DNA of 64,000 nt from Macrostomum lignano (GCA_002269645.1 NIVC01000988.1:310001-374000), one strand, 5' to 3'. Counted from the stretch's first letter, positions 1 through 12,810 are shown. A program made the numbers and translations. Notes: generated by a model not told the origin, from the sequence alone.

Positions 1-1657
1 AGACGACTAGAATCGCCGAGACATCCCATCCGGCTCCCTTCCTTGGGGTCCCAGGGGATAAAGGGGATAAAATGGGGATCTCATGTCAACTTAAGGCTCT
101 GGAATGGAGCCCGAAGTTCAGCTCCGGACCAAACCGACTGCAATCGATAACTTGTCGGCCCAGACGACTAGAATCGCCGAGACATCCCATCCGGCTCCCT
201 TCCTTGGGGTCCCAGGGGATAAAGGGGATAAAATGGGGATCTCATGTCAACTTAAGGCTCTGGAATGGAGCCCGAAGTTCAGCTCCGGACCAAACCGACT
301 GCAATCGATAACTTGTCGGCCCAGACGACTAGAATCGCCGAGACATCCCATCCGGCTCCCTTCCTTGGGGTCCCAGGGGATAAAGGGGATAAAATGGGGA
401 TCTCATGTCAACTTAAGGCTCTGGAATGGAGCCCGAAGTTCAGCTCCGGACCAAACCGACTGCAATCGATAACTTGTCGGCCCAGACGACTAGAATCGCC
501 GAGACATCCCATCCGGCTCCTTTTCTTGGGGTCCCAGGGGATAAAGGGGATAAAATGGGGATCTCATGTCAACTTAAGGCTCTGGAATGGAGCCCGAAGT
601 TCAGCTCCGGACCAAACCGACTGCAATCGATAACTTGTCGGCCCAGACGACTAGAATCGCCGAGACATCCCATCCGGCTCCCTTCCTTGGGGTCCCAGGG
701 GATAAAGGGGATAAAATGGGGATCTCATGTCAACTTAAGGCTCTGGAATGGAGCCCGAAGTTCAGCTCCGGACCAAACCGACTGCAATCGATAACTTGTC
801 GGCCCAGACGACTAGAATCGCCGAGACATCCCATCCGGCTCCTTTTCTTGGGGTCCCAGGGGATAAAGGGGATAAAATGGGGATCTCATGTCAACTTAAG
901 GCTCTGGAATGGAGCCCGAAGTTCAGCTCCGGACCAAACCGACTGCAATCGATAACTTGTCGGCCCAGACGACTAGAATCGCCGAGACATCCCATCCGGC
1001 TCCCTTCCTTGGGGTCCCAGGGGATAAAGGGGATAAAATGGGGATCTCATGTCAACTTAAGGCTCTGGAATGGAGCCCGAAGTTCAGCTCCGGACCAAAC
1101 CGACTGCAATCGATAACTTGTCGGCCCAGACGACTAGAATCGCCGAGACATCCCATCCGGCTCCCTTCCTTGGGGTCCCAGGGGATAAAGGGGATAAAAT
1201 GGGGATCTCATGTCAACTTAAGGCTCTGGAATGGAGCCCGAAGTTCAGCTCCGGACCAAACCGACTGCAATCGATAACTTGTCGGCCCAGACGACTAGAA
1301 TCGCCGAGACATCCCATCCGGCTCCCTTCCTTGGGGTCCCAGGGGATAAAGGGGATAAAATGGGGATCTCATGTCAACTTAAGGCTCTGGAATGGAGCCC
1401 GAAGTTCAGCTCCGGACCAAACCGACTGCAATCGATAACTTGTCGGCCCAGACGACTAGAATCGCCGAGACATCCCATCCGGCTCCCTTCCTTGGGGTCC
1501 CAGGGGATAAAGGGGATAAAATGGGGATCTCATGTCAACTTAAGGCTCTGGAATGGAGCCCGAAGTTCAGCTCCGGACCAAACCGACTGCAATCGATAAC
1601 TTGTCGGCCCAGACGACTAGAATCGCAGAGACATCCCATCCGGCTCCCTTCCTTGGG
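1..1657 (+). repeat. 161-bp tandem satellite, about 10.3 near-identical copies, runs off the window start (left arm of a foldback-like structure)
   Basis: The unit AGACGACTAGAATCGCC...TTGTCGGCCC recurs every 161 bp, and the identical 122-aa ORFs are spaced 161 bp apart. Confidence 0.97.
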
Positions 1658-2225
1658 CTGACTGAAACTCCTCTCGCTGGCCTCTAAACTGTTGCTCAGT
1701 AGGCTTTCGCTGCTGTGGTAAAGCGTTTTCTCTAGCATAAAGTCTGGCAACAAGGCTGCGTGGAAGAGCGAAATCAACAAAGCGAAGGCCGGCACCAGAC
1801 CTTCGATAGCTACATATGTATCTTGGTGGTAAGCGTAGCAGCCCAGGAGTTTGAGCACTGCCATTACGCTCGTACATGACAATCGCAGCCTGCAGTCCTA
1901 CTTCCTGCTTTTGCTGACGAGTAGAAGCCAGGAAGAAGTTGCAATCCTGGATCTCTAAAACCAAAGCGATTGTCCGCTGCTGTCACACACTCTAAGAATC
2001 ACGCGGTAGGATTTTGAATTATGGCGCGAGAAAACGACAAAATCAAATCAAGAAAAATCAAGACGGATGCCACCGACCGAATCGGTTGCTCCAGTTTTCT
2101 AGCGGCGTCGCTTGCCGAAACTTCCAACACTCCCGGCGGCTTGGATGTGTAAATCAAAGTCTCTCCAGGAGTCACCTTCGTAGCTATCGAGAACCTCCTT
2201 GACACGAATGTTTTGAATGTAATAA

Positions 2226-2953
2226 TCGTCTGGGCCGACAAGTTATCGATTGCAGTCGGTTTGGTCCGGAGCTGAACTTCGGGCTCCATTCCAGAGCCTT
2301 AAGTTGACATGAGATCCCCATTTTATCCCCTTTATCCCCTGGGACCCCAAGGAAGGGAGCCGGATGGGATGTCTCGGCGATTCTAGTCGTCTGGGCCGAC
2401 AAGTTATCGATTGCAGTCGGTTTGGTCCGGAGCTGAACTTCGGGCTCCATTCCAGAGCCTTAAGTTGACATGAGATCCCCATTTTATCCCCTTTATCCCC
2501 TGGGACCCCAAGGAAGGGAGCCGGATGGGATGTCTCGGCGATTCTAGTCGTCTGGGCCGACAAGTTATCGATTGCAGTCGGTTTGGTCCGGAGCTGAACT
2601 TCGGGCTCCATTCCAGAGCCTTAAGTTGACATGAGATCCCCATTTTATCCCCTTTATCCCCTGGGACCCCAAGGAAGGGAGCCGGATGGGATGTCTCGGC
2701 GATTCTAGTCGTCTGGGCCGACAAGTTATCGATTGCAGTCGGTTTGGTCCGGAGCTGAACTTCGGGCTCTATTCCAGAGCCTTAAGTTGACATGAGATCC
2801 CCATTTTATCCCCTTTATCCCCTGGGACCCCAAGAAAAGGAGCCGGATGGGATGTCTCGGCGATTCTAGTCGTCTGGGCCGACAAGTTATCGATTGCAGT
2901 CGGTTTGGGCCGGAGCTGAACTTCGGGCTCCATTCTGGTGCTTAAGTTGACAT
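2226..2953 (-). repeat. Same 161-bp satellite in inverted orientation, about 4.5 copies (right arm)
   Basis: Reverse complement of the 1-1657 unit; the same ORFs appear on the minus strand. Confidence 0.97.
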
Positions 2954-3332
2954 CCCCTTTATGAGTTACCGTATTCCAAGGAACTTGACACACTCTTCCA
3001 CCTTTTTATTTCTACTTTACCGCTATAAATGTCTAATTATCGCATTCCTAAGCAGCATGTTCAAGCGTAGTACTTTTTCAGCTAAAAGTTCAAATTAGTA
3101 GATTAACATTAATCACAAGTTCTAGGTATAATCTATTTCTGTCTCTGCTGAAGACTTTTCTAACCGCGCAATACCTGCATAGATCGATACCACCAGCAAA
3201 AGTATTTGCGGATGTTACATAACTCAAGTCGAGTACTTAACACGCGCCTCAAACTTCATCCCGTTACTATGTGCAACCTCTAAATGTTGTTGACTATCTA
3301 AGTCTAAAAGTTAAGCTAAGCGCAAGAGCTAC

Positions 3333-3877
3333 AGGTAACACTCCTATCTAACAGGTGACACTCCTGTCTAACAGGTGACACTCCTGTCTAACAGGTAACA
3401 CTCCTATCTAACAGGTGACACTCCTGTCTAACAGGTAACACTCCTATCTAACAGGTGACACTCCTGTCTAACAGGTGACAATCCTGTCTAACAGGTGACA
3501 CTCCTGTCTAACAGGTGACACTCCTATCTAACAGGTGACACTCCTGTCTAACAGGTGACAATCCTGTCTAACAGGTGACACTCCTGTCTAACAGGTGACA
3601 CTTCTGTTTAACGGGTAGCAATCCTGTCTAACAGGTGAAACTCCTGTCTAACAGGTGGCACTCCTGTCTAACAGGTGACACTCCTGTCTAACAGGTGACA
3701 CTTCTGTTTAACGGGTAGCAATCCTGTCTAACAGGTGAAACTCCTGTCTAACAGGTGACACTCCTGTCTAACAAGTGACACTTCTGTTTAACGGGTAGCA
3801 ATCCTGTCTAACAGGTGAAACTCCTGTCTAACAGGTGACACTCCTGTCTAACAGGTGACACTTCTGTATAACAGGTA
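3333..3877 (+). repeat. 20-bp minisatellite (CTAACAGGTGACACTCCTGT)n, first block
   Basis: Direct inspection. Confidence 0.95.
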
Positions 3878-4774
3878 TCATTTTTCAATGATTTCAATGA
3901 TGATGCAATTATAACTGACCTTGTTGATTTCACATGTAACGCATTCCCATAAAAACCGATACAGATCCCTTCTATTTAAGATTCTTCCGGTCAGACAACT
4001 GTAAAACAGGAGCAGGATAATGAAAAAGAAGGCAAAGGAAATTAATTAGACAGAACAACAGACCAGTAAATGAGTTTCTTTACAAAAGAGAATAGATTGA
4101 TAGATAGATCGTAATAGATTGATATACAAGCACCTAACAGTGTACATGTAATAGGAACAAGCCCATTCAAAGCCAATTAACTGAATGAGTGACGGAGGAA
4201 CCCATCGCCATCCTCCCATTTCCTATGCACGTCTTTGGCAGGGAAATCGAAACGCCCACGCACTCCAACAAATTATAATCCCTCTAAGCACTGCGCCTCC
4301 CGCGCCGGGTAAGACACAATTGACAATGCAATTCAGAAATTTGTTTTGATTTTAATCTCACTGATGCATCCGTTCCCCGCTACTCTCTTCGGTACCCGCT
4401 GCCCTCTCAGTCTAATTGAAATAATGAAATTGAATGTACAATTTTTGCAAAAACAAATTAACCTAAATATGTTGACATTCTTACTGTAAGTAGCGCTTTC
4501 CGAATAAATAAAACTTTTTTATGAGAGCTGACTGAGTCCTAAAAAAGAAACAGAACACTAAAACAAAAAATGACAAGACAATAAGAATGCAGTGGATTTT
4601 TTTCAAGGAAAACGTTGTGTTTTTCACTTTTATCCATGATTCCATAGAAATAGAATATTAATGAACAAAGGTGTAATAAACATATTTATTTATATTTCTA
4701 CCAATAATTACTAATGAGATTTATCAGCATATGCCTTTTTGATTTTCAGGTGCAAAAATTAATCAAAAAGGTCC

Positions 4775-5672
4775 TGTTTAACAGGTGACACTCTTGTCTA
4801 ACAAGTGAAACTCCTGTCTAACAAGTGACACTCCTGTCTAACAAGTGACACTCCTGTCTAACAGGTGACACTCCTGTCTAACAGGTGACACTCCTGTCTA
4901 ACATGTGACACTCCTGTCTAACAAGTGACACTCCTGTCTAACAAGTGACACTCCTGTCTAACAGGTGACACTCTTGTCTAACAGGTGACACTCCTGTCTA
5001 ACAGGTGACACTCCTGTCTAACAAGTGACACTCCTGTCTAACAGGTGACACTCTTGTCTAACAGGTGACACTCCTGTCTAACAGGTGACACTCTTGTCTA
5101 ACAGGTGACACTCCTGTCTAACAGGTGACACTCCTGTCTAACAGGTGACACTCCTGTCTAACAGGTGACACTCTTGTCTAACAGGTGACACTCCTGTCTA
5201 ACAGGTGACACTCTTGTCTAACATGTGACACTCCTGTCTAACAGGTGACACTCTTGTCTAACAGGTGACACTCCTGTCTAACAGGTGACACTCTTGTCTA
5301 ACAGGTGACACTCCTGTCTAACAGGTGACACTCCTGTCTAACAGGTGACACTCCTGTCTAACAGGTGACACTCTTGTCTAACAGGTGACACTCCTGTCTA
5401 ACAGGTGACACTCCTGTCTAACAGGTGACAGCTTTGTCTAACAGGTAACACCACTTTTATCTAACAGGTGACACTCCTGTCTAACAGGTGACACTCCTGT
5501 CTAACAGGTGACAGCTTTGTCTAACTGGTAACACCACTTTTATCTAACAGGTGACACTCCTGTCTAACAGGTGACACTCCTGTCTAACAGGTAACACTCC
5601 TGTCTAACAGGTAACACTCCTGTCTAACAGGTGCCAGCCTTGTCTAACAGCTGACAGCCCTGTCTAACAGGT
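4775..5672 (+). repeat. 20-bp minisatellite (CTAACAGGTGACACTCCTGT)n, second block, same orientation
   Basis: Direct inspection; separated from the first block by about 0.9 kb of non-repetitive sequence. Confidence 0.95.
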
Positions 5673-5981
5673 GGTAATCTAACAAGCTGTGCAAAAAGCA
5701 TCTAAAATTTCAATTGACGATACGCTCGTACCTCATTGCACTCTTCACACAAAATATTAAATAAACAAAAATTATAAAACCATATTTAACATATTGCACT
5801 GGACACAAGCATTTTTACGTTATTAATTTTTATGAATATTTTTCTTTTACAATAAAACAAAATAATGAGCGAACGAAAAAATCTCAAAACTAAAGACGTA
5901 ACACTTAAAAAAACGAATTTTCTAAAACAAAACACAACAACACAACAACAAAATACGCTGTCATGATGGTAAAAGTCAGCG

Positions 5982-6625
5982 TCACAGGGCGCGCTTCATG
6001 GCTTGGGCGCGAACAAAGGCCGCGCCACCGGCAGTGTCCGGGGCGCCGGCGTCAGCCAGCAGACAGTCGACATAACGCCGAGTTCGCGCTTGACCTCGCC
6101 GGTAGGGTGCCTGCAGCGTGAGCAGCAGCACCTCCTGCACCGGCTGTGGGCAGTACGACTCGGCGCGGATGAGATGGCCTGCGAGCTGGAGTCGCCGACG
6201 GCGCAGTAGATCACTTGGACGTGGCAGGCCAGCGCGGCGATAGAGTGCCGCGTTGGTGACTCGCTCGACGCCGATGTTGAAGGCGGCGCGCAGCAGACCA
6301 GCGTGCGCCGCATCGACTTGCTGTTCGAGTGAGTCCGTCAGCGTCCAGGTCTCGGCGTTGTACAGCAGGACGGTCTCGATTACCGCCTGGAACAGCGCCG
6401 CCCTCTGGCGGTCCGGTAGGGCCTCGGACTGCAGGACTGCCCTCACAGAACGAAAGGCAGCCCAGGCAAGCCCGCGGCGGCGTCGCAGGTCCTCGCGAGC
6501 GTCTGGAACCAGACCGCCGAGGTAGACGAACTGCTGACATCGCGGGAGTTCGGTCGCCTGCCCGTCAGCGCCTCGGCAAAATATTGCAGCCTCGATGTCG
6601 TCCGGCACGCAGAGCACAACGGACA
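5982..6625 (-). mobile_element. 5'-truncated non-LTR retrotransposon (RTE-like), C-terminal RT/thumb region
   Basis: GC-rich island in AT-rich DNA. Translation FVYLGG...RRRGLAWAAF...LFQAVIETVLLYNAETWTLT...RRRRLQLAGHLIR matches the typical RTE-clade C-terminus. The N-terminal part of ORF 5982-6701 is low-complexity flank. Confidence 0.85.
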
Positions 6626-6929
6626 AAAACAAAAACAAAACACAAAACACAAAACACAAACACAAAAACAAAAAGTTAAAGTAATACGCACTGGCTTTCA
6701 TTGGAAGCTGATTAGTTATTATAAAATTATAATACAGATTTGTAAATCTATTAGTAGGATATATACGAACTATAGTAGTAGGTTGTAATATTGATTTACG
6801 CGCAGAAAAAACGTAAATTCACATTTTAACTAATATATTAAGACATTTGATTGCTTCTACAGCGCTGGTAGAAAAAAATAGCAGATTTTTCATATGCATT
6901 TTCATACAGATATGAAAGTGATTCTCATA

Positions 6930-8365
6930 AAGATTAAGGGCCACTCTCCTGAAGATTTGAAGGCGATTCTCATGGAGATTTAAGGGCAATTTTTACAGAG
7001 ATATGAGGGTGATTCTTAGAGATGAGGCTGCTTCTCAAGGAAATTTGAGGGCGATTCTCGTGAAGATTTGAGGGCGATTCTCATAGTGAGTTGAGAGTGA
7101 TTCTTATCGAGACTTGAGGGCGATTCTTATGGAGATTTGAGGGCGATTCTCATAGTGATTTGAGAGTGATTCTTATGGAGACTTGAGGGCGATTCTCACA
7201 GTGATTTGAGAGTGATTCTCATGGAGATTTGAGGGCGATTCTCATGGAGATTTGAAAGTGATTCTCATGGAGATTTGAGGGCGATTCTCATGGAGATTTG
7301 AGGGCGATTCTCATGGAGATTCGAGGGCGATTCTCATAATGATTTGAGAGTGATTCTCATGGAGATTTGAGGGCGATTCTCATGGAGATTCGAGGGCGAT
7401 TCTCATGGAGATTTGAGAGTGATTCTCATGGAGATTTGAGGGCGATTCTCATGGAGATTTGAAAGTGATTCTCATGGAGATTTGAGGGCGATTCTCATGG
7501 AGATTTGAGAGTGATTCTCATGGAAATTTGAGAGTGATTCTCATGGAGATTTGAGGGCGATTCTCACAGTGATTTGAGGGCGATTCTCATGGAGATTTGA
7601 GAGTGATTCTCATGGAGATTTGGGGGCGATTCACATGGAGATTTGAGGGCGATTCTCACAGTGATTTGAGGGCGATTCTCATGGAGATTCGAGGGCGATT
7701 CTCACAGTGATTTGAGGGAGATTCTCATGGAGATTTAAAGGCAATTCTTACAGAGATTTGAGGGCGATTCTCATGGAGATTTGAGAGTGATTCTCATGGA
7801 AATTTGAGAGTGATTCTCATAGAGGTTTGAGAGTGATTCTCATGGAAATTTGAGAGTGATTCTCATAAAGATTTGAGAGTGATTCTCATGGAAATTTGAG
7901 AGTGATTCTCATAAAGATTTGAGAGTGATTCTTATGGAGATTTGAGGGCGATTCTCTTGGAAATTAGAGAGTGATTCTCATGGAGATTTGAGAGTGATTC
8001 TCATGGAAATTTGAGGGCGATTCTCATGGAGATTTGAGGGCGATTCTCATGGAGATTTAAGGGCAATTCTTAGAGATTCGCGGGCGATTCTCATGGAGAT
8101 TTGAGGGCGATTCTCATTCTCATGGAGATTTAAGGGCAATTCTTAGAGATTTGCGGGCGATTCTCATGGAGATTTAAGGGCAATTCTTGGAGATTTGACG
8201 GCGATTCTCATGGAGATTTGAGGGCGATTCTCATGGAGATTTGAGGGCGATTCTCATGGAGATTTAAGGGCAATTCTTAGAGATTCGCGGGCGATTCTCA
8301 TGGAGATTTGAGGGCGATTCTCATGGAGATTTAAGGGCAATTCTTGGAGATTTGAGGGCGATTCT
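6930..8365 (+). repeat. 23-bp minisatellite (GATTCTCATGGAGATTTGAGGGC)n
   Basis: Direct inspection. Confidence 0.95.
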
Positions 8366-8497
8366 TTGTCAACACGAAAAACAAGACTGATTGTTAAATT
8401 AATAATTAATTTCAGTAGGAATTCTTCTAATAGTACACACTATTTTTACTAACTATAATATGCGGTATAGTTAAGCTTTAAAATTAATTTATATAGT

Positions 8498-8686
8498 TTA
8501 CATATTGTACATGTACTGGGCAACAACTACAAAGACCAAGGACAAAAAGAAGTATATGTTCAGCTGTAGATGAAAGATCAATACCGACAATATAGTAGTG
8601 AGTACCATGGCCGCCGAGACTAGGAACAGCTTGCTGATGTTGGAGGCGAATTTCATAATAACTCCCATGATCATCCCGCCAATTGC
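8498..8686 (-). CDS. SLC35A4: SLC35A4-like nucleotide-sugar transporter, last coding exon (4 of 4)
   Basis: Acceptor ctctgcag|GCAATT, phase 0. AIGGMIMGVIMKFASNISKLFLVS...YMYNM*. Confidence 0.9.
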   Translation of the reverse strand, partial: AIGGMIMGVIMKFASNISKLFLVSAAMVLTTILSVLIFHLQLNIYFFLSLVFVVVAQYMYNM

Positions 8687-8779
8687 CTGCAGAGGAAAAC
8701 GTGTTAATGTTTGATAACTTAATAACTTCACAAGGCTGGCTTGGGGTCTACAGGGAATTAAATTGAGAAATTAGTTCTA

Positions 8780-9290
8780 TAGGAATTGCCCTGATGGGAA
8801 TTCTGTAGAAGGGGAATTATCCTGATTGTAATTCTCCAGTAAGGAGAATTATCCTGATGAGAATTTACCAGAGGGAATTATCCTGATAGGAATTATTCAG
8901 TTAAGAGAATTATACAAGGGGAAATTTACCAGAGAGGGGAATTATCCTAATGTGAATAGATCAGTAGGAGAATTATTCTGATGGGAATTCCCCAGTAAGG
9001 AAAATTATTCTCATGGAAATTCTCCACTAAAGAGAATTATCCTGACGGGAATTCTCCAGAGAGGGGAATTATCCTGACGGGAATTCTCCAGAGAGGGGAA
9101 TTATCCTGACGGGAATTCTCCAGAGAGGGGAATTATCCTGATGGGAATTCTCCACAGAGGGGAATTATCCTGATGGGAATTCTCCAGAGAGGGGAATTAT
9201 CCTGATGGGAATTCTCCAGAGAGCGAAATTATCCTGATGGGAATTTACCAGCGAGGGTAATTGGCCTAGCGGAATTCTATAAGGAGAATT
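8780..9290 (+). repeat. About 32-bp minisatellite (GGGAATTATCCTGATGGGAATTCTCCAGAGAG)n in SLC35A4 intron 3
   Basis: Direct inspection; degenerate at the edges. Confidence 0.9.
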
Positions 9291-9408
9291 TTAAGTAGCT
9301 AGGTAGAAATTGCTCAGCATGGAATTAATGTAGAGAGAACTCTTGAAGAGGGAATTACAGTAGCCTAAAGCTAATTAAATTTAGTACAATTTACATTCAT
9401 TAACTGAC

Positions 9409-9840
9409 CTGAGATAAGATTAGCACCCAAGTCAAAAAGGTGAATCCGCGAAACAGATCGAACGAGCTGTCGGACCTGCCACGAGCCTGGACAACAAAGG
9501 TTAGCAAATTGACGGCAACTCCAAAGACGTAAAGCAGAGCGTTCTGCATGTTGATATTGAGAGCCGGCTGCTTTTTGAGCACGTATTCGGTGTAAACTCC
9601 AGCCAGACCGGACACTGTGCAATAGGCGCTGATCATGAACAGGCCCAGCGGTGTGATGTGCAGGGTGGATGCCTTATTGATGTCAGGAGCTCCGGTGCTT
9701 CGTTGCAGTCCGCCCCAGCTGTTGCTGACCCCGGCAGCGAAGAGGACAAACAGAGATGCCCACTGGATCTGGCTGAGCGGCTTCTTGATTATAAGCCGGA
9801 ATAGCACGGCCGTTGTGAGGATTTTCAGATTTCCCAGCAC
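9409..9840 (-). CDS. SLC35A4: SLC35A4-like transporter, coding exon 3
   Basis: ccccaag|GTG...TCTCAG|gtcagt, 432 nt. VLGNLKILTTAVLF...LHITPLGL...SGLAGVYTEYVLK...QNALLYVFG. The LHITPLG motif is characteristic of SLC35A4. Confidence 0.93.
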
Positions 9841-10049
9841 CTTGGGGTGTTTTGTAGGTAGTTAATGAGGATTAGTTTGCATTGCTATAGCTAGTTAGCT
9901 ATTAGTGAACAGGCATGTAAACTCTATGATTTGGGGGTTGGCCCTCATGGCATAAGGAATCACTTAGACTGGGATGTCAAAATTTAGAATAAAATGAGAT
10001 AGCAGATTTGGTTTAGTGAGATTTTGAGGGTCTCGGTTCGGGATCGGTG

Positions 10050-10405
10050 GGATCACAGATTATGGATCAGTGGGATCACAGATTAGGGATCAGTGGGATC
10101 ACAGATTAGGGATCAGTGGGATCACAGATTGGGATCAGTGGGATCACAGATTAGGGATCAGTGGGATCACAGATTGGGATCAGTGGGATCACAGATTAGG
10201 GATCAGTGGGATCACAGATTAGGGATCGGTGGGATCCCAGATTAGGGATCAGTGGGATCACAGATTAGGGATCGGTGGGATCACAGATTAGGGATCAGTG
10301 GGATCACAGATTAGGGATCAGTGGGATCACAGATTAGGGATCGGTGGGATCACAGATTAGGGATCAGTGGGATCACAGATTAGGGATCAGTGGGATCTCA
10401 GATTG
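10050..10405 (+). repeat. 23-bp minisatellite (GATCAGTGGGATCACAGATTAGG)n in SLC35A4 intron 2
   Basis: Direct inspection. Confidence 0.95.
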
Positions 10406-10454
10406 GTGATCATTAAAAATATCAATTATAAACAAGCACACAAGCAACAGGCAC

Positions 10455-10728
10455 CTGATAAGTGGCCGGGTCCATCTGCAGCTGAATGTACACGGCAAGA
10501 TTGTTATTAAGAGCGTACAGCAGAGCCGGAACCAGGTAGAGCACGGCTCCCCGAGGCGAAGGCAGTTCGAACCGACCCAGACGCCGAGCCTCAGGCAGAT
10601 ACAGACCCAGCGATAAAAACAGCTTTGTAAACTCGGTGATCAGCACCATGCTTGACGAGGACCAGGGGATGGCGCCATCAACTTCCATGAGGTGAACCAG
10701 GATGGTGTAGGATGAGTACACGAGGGTG
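10455..10728 (-). CDS. SLC35A4: SLC35A4-like transporter, coding exon 2
   Basis: cttcacag|C...TATCAG|gtgcct. SSMVLITEFTKL...PALLYALNNNLAVY...MDPATYQ joins in frame to VLGNLKI. Confidence 0.93.
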
Positions 10729-10775
10729 CTGTGAAGGTTAGGGAAGAGCGGTAACATGCATTAGCACTCTGGATA

Positions 10776-11165
10776 TTACTCAGACGAGATGGGATTTCAG
10801 TGTCGAGGAAAATCCCCAAATCAACTCAGATGAGATGGGATTTCAGTCTAGGGGAAAATCCCCAAATTCCCAAAATCTACTCAGATGAGATGGGTTTTCA
10901 GTCTAGGGGAAAATCCCCAAATTCCCAAAATCAACTCAGATGAGATGGGTTTTCAGTCTAGGGGAAAATCCCCAAATTCCCAAAATCAACTCAGATGAGA
11001 TGGGATTTCAGTCACGGGGAAAAATCCCAAATCTACTCAGAAGATGAGATGGGATTTTAGTTTCAGAAAGAATTCCCAAATCTACTTAGATGAGATGGGA
11101 TTTCAGTCTTGGTGAAAAATCCCTAAAATACTACTACGAAGATGTGAGGAGATTTCAGTTTCGGG
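10776..11165 (+). repeat. Degenerate repeat of about 45-55 bp (ACTCAGATGAGATGGGATTTCAG...CCCAAA) in SLC35A4 intron 1
   Basis: Direct inspection. Confidence 0.85.
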
Positions 11166-11234
11166 AAAAACCTCCGAAACGTACTCACATACTATAATGC
11201 ACCTCACATTAAAAGAAAGATTATTTTAACTTAC

Positions 11235-11455
11235 CCAACAACGAACAGAAATTTAAACAGCACTGGATTCATGTAGGGCTCTTTAACGACTCCACTATTG
11301 GAGTCTGTTAGAGTCGCAGAAGCAGAGCTAACAGGACCGGATTCTGGGGACTGCTTATGCAGATGATGATGATGCAGATTGCGCTGACTATCCGACGGTT
11401 CCATACAGACAGACGACATTTCAGTATCGGAATTTTGCTCCTGGGAAGACTTCAT
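11235..11455 (-). CDS. SLC35A4: SLC35A4-like transporter, coding exon 1 (start ATG at 11455 is tentative)
   Basis: Ends GTTGG|gtaagt in phase 2, matching exon 2 and giving LFKFLFVVG-TLVYSSY (TM1). Exon acceptor ttttttgcag at 11518. Total CDS 1116 nt. Confidence 0.75.
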
Positions 11456-11974
11456 TGACAAACGCTGGGGACAATTTTTAGCATTCGACAAGAGGAACAC
11501 TTGAGAAATTGAGTTAGCTGCAAAAAACACAGAGAGAGAGAGAGAAATAGAAGACAAAAAATGTAGTCAGCCAGCCTATCTGCAGACGGAAGCAACCCTA
11601 GCAAAAAAAAGAAACTAAAAAAATCGCCTGACTTCAGCGCTTGAAAGAAAAACCAATCTATAGCTAGCTGACATTATAAAACTCTACAAAAGAACCTTTC
11701 TATTTGTCCAGCCGCTAGCGTTGCCACAATATCCAAAAGTCAACTACCTTTTCTATGCACACTTTTACAACGGATTGTGTTTTGTCGAGGTTATGTTGAA
11801 AAAGATTAACAACTTTGAATGAAATAATTTAAGCAGATTATATGGCAACAGCAGAAGTTGAAATGGTAACAAAAATTTTGTTCCTTTTCACTGGATTTTA
11901 TAGAATAAAAAATGTAAGAGTATTTACACAAGGCTGACAGTGAGAGACTAAGGCTGGAGTGAGAAAGTTGGATT

Positions 11975-12810
11975 GACAGAGTGAGAGATTGGAGTGCCAG
12001 AGTGAGAGATTGGAGTGCCAAAGTGAAAGATTGGAGTGCCAGAGTCAGAGATTGGAGTGCCAGAGTGACAGATTGGAGTGCCAGGGTGAGAGATTGGAGT
12101 GCCAGAGTGAGAGATTGGAGTGCCAGGGTGAGAGATTGGAGTGCCAGAATGAGAAATTGGAGTGCCAGGGTCAGAGATTGGAGTGCCAGAGTGAGAGATT
12201 GGAGTGCCAGGGTGAGAGATTGGAGTGCCAGAGTGAGAGATTGGAGTGCCAGGGTGAGAGATTGAAGTGCCAGAGTGAGAGATTGGAGTGCCAGAGTGAG
12301 AGATTGGAGTGTCAGAGTGAGAGATTGGAGTGTCAGAGTGAGAAACTGGAGTGCCAGCGTGAGAGATTGGAGTGAATGAATGAGAGATTTAGGTGCCACA
12401 GTGAGAGATTGAAGTGAAGTGAATGAATGAGAAACGTAAGTGCCAGAGTGAGAGATTGGAGTGCCAGAGTGAGAGATTGGAGTGCCAGAGTGAGAGATTG
12501 GAGTGCCAGAGTGAGAGATTGGAGTGCCAGAGTGAGAGATTGGAGTGCCAGAGTGAGAGATTGGAGTGCCAGAGTGAGAGATTGGAGTGTCAGAGTGAGA
12601 GATTGGAGTGTCAGAGTGAGAAACTGGAGTGCCAGCGTGAGAGATTGGAGTGAATGAATGAGAAACTGAAGTGCCAGCGTGAGAGATTGGAGTGAATGAA
12701 TGAGAAACTGGAGTGCCAGAGTGAGAGATTGGAGTGAATGAATGAGAAACTGGAGTGCAAGAGCGAGAGATTGGAGTGCCAGAATGGGAGATTGGAGTGC
12801 CAAAGTGAGA
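11975..12810 (+). repeat. 21-bp minisatellite (GAGAGATTGGAGTGCCAGAGT)n
   Basis: Direct inspection; gives 7-aa periodic ORFs. Confidence 0.95.

Noticed and set aside
72-2993. Repeated 122-aa ORFs as a tandem gene array
   Set aside because: They overlap each other in rotating frames because the 161-bp unit is not a multiple of 3, and there is no recognisable domain.
8780-9290. NF-kB site cluster (GGGAATTCCC/GGGAATTCTCC)
   Set aside because: The motif arises from the repeat unit, and nothing independent supports a function.
11231-11557. Homologue of the vertebrate SLC35A4 uORF microprotein
   Set aside because: Only a trivial VPSV/VPNV resemblance; the hydrophobic core was not found.
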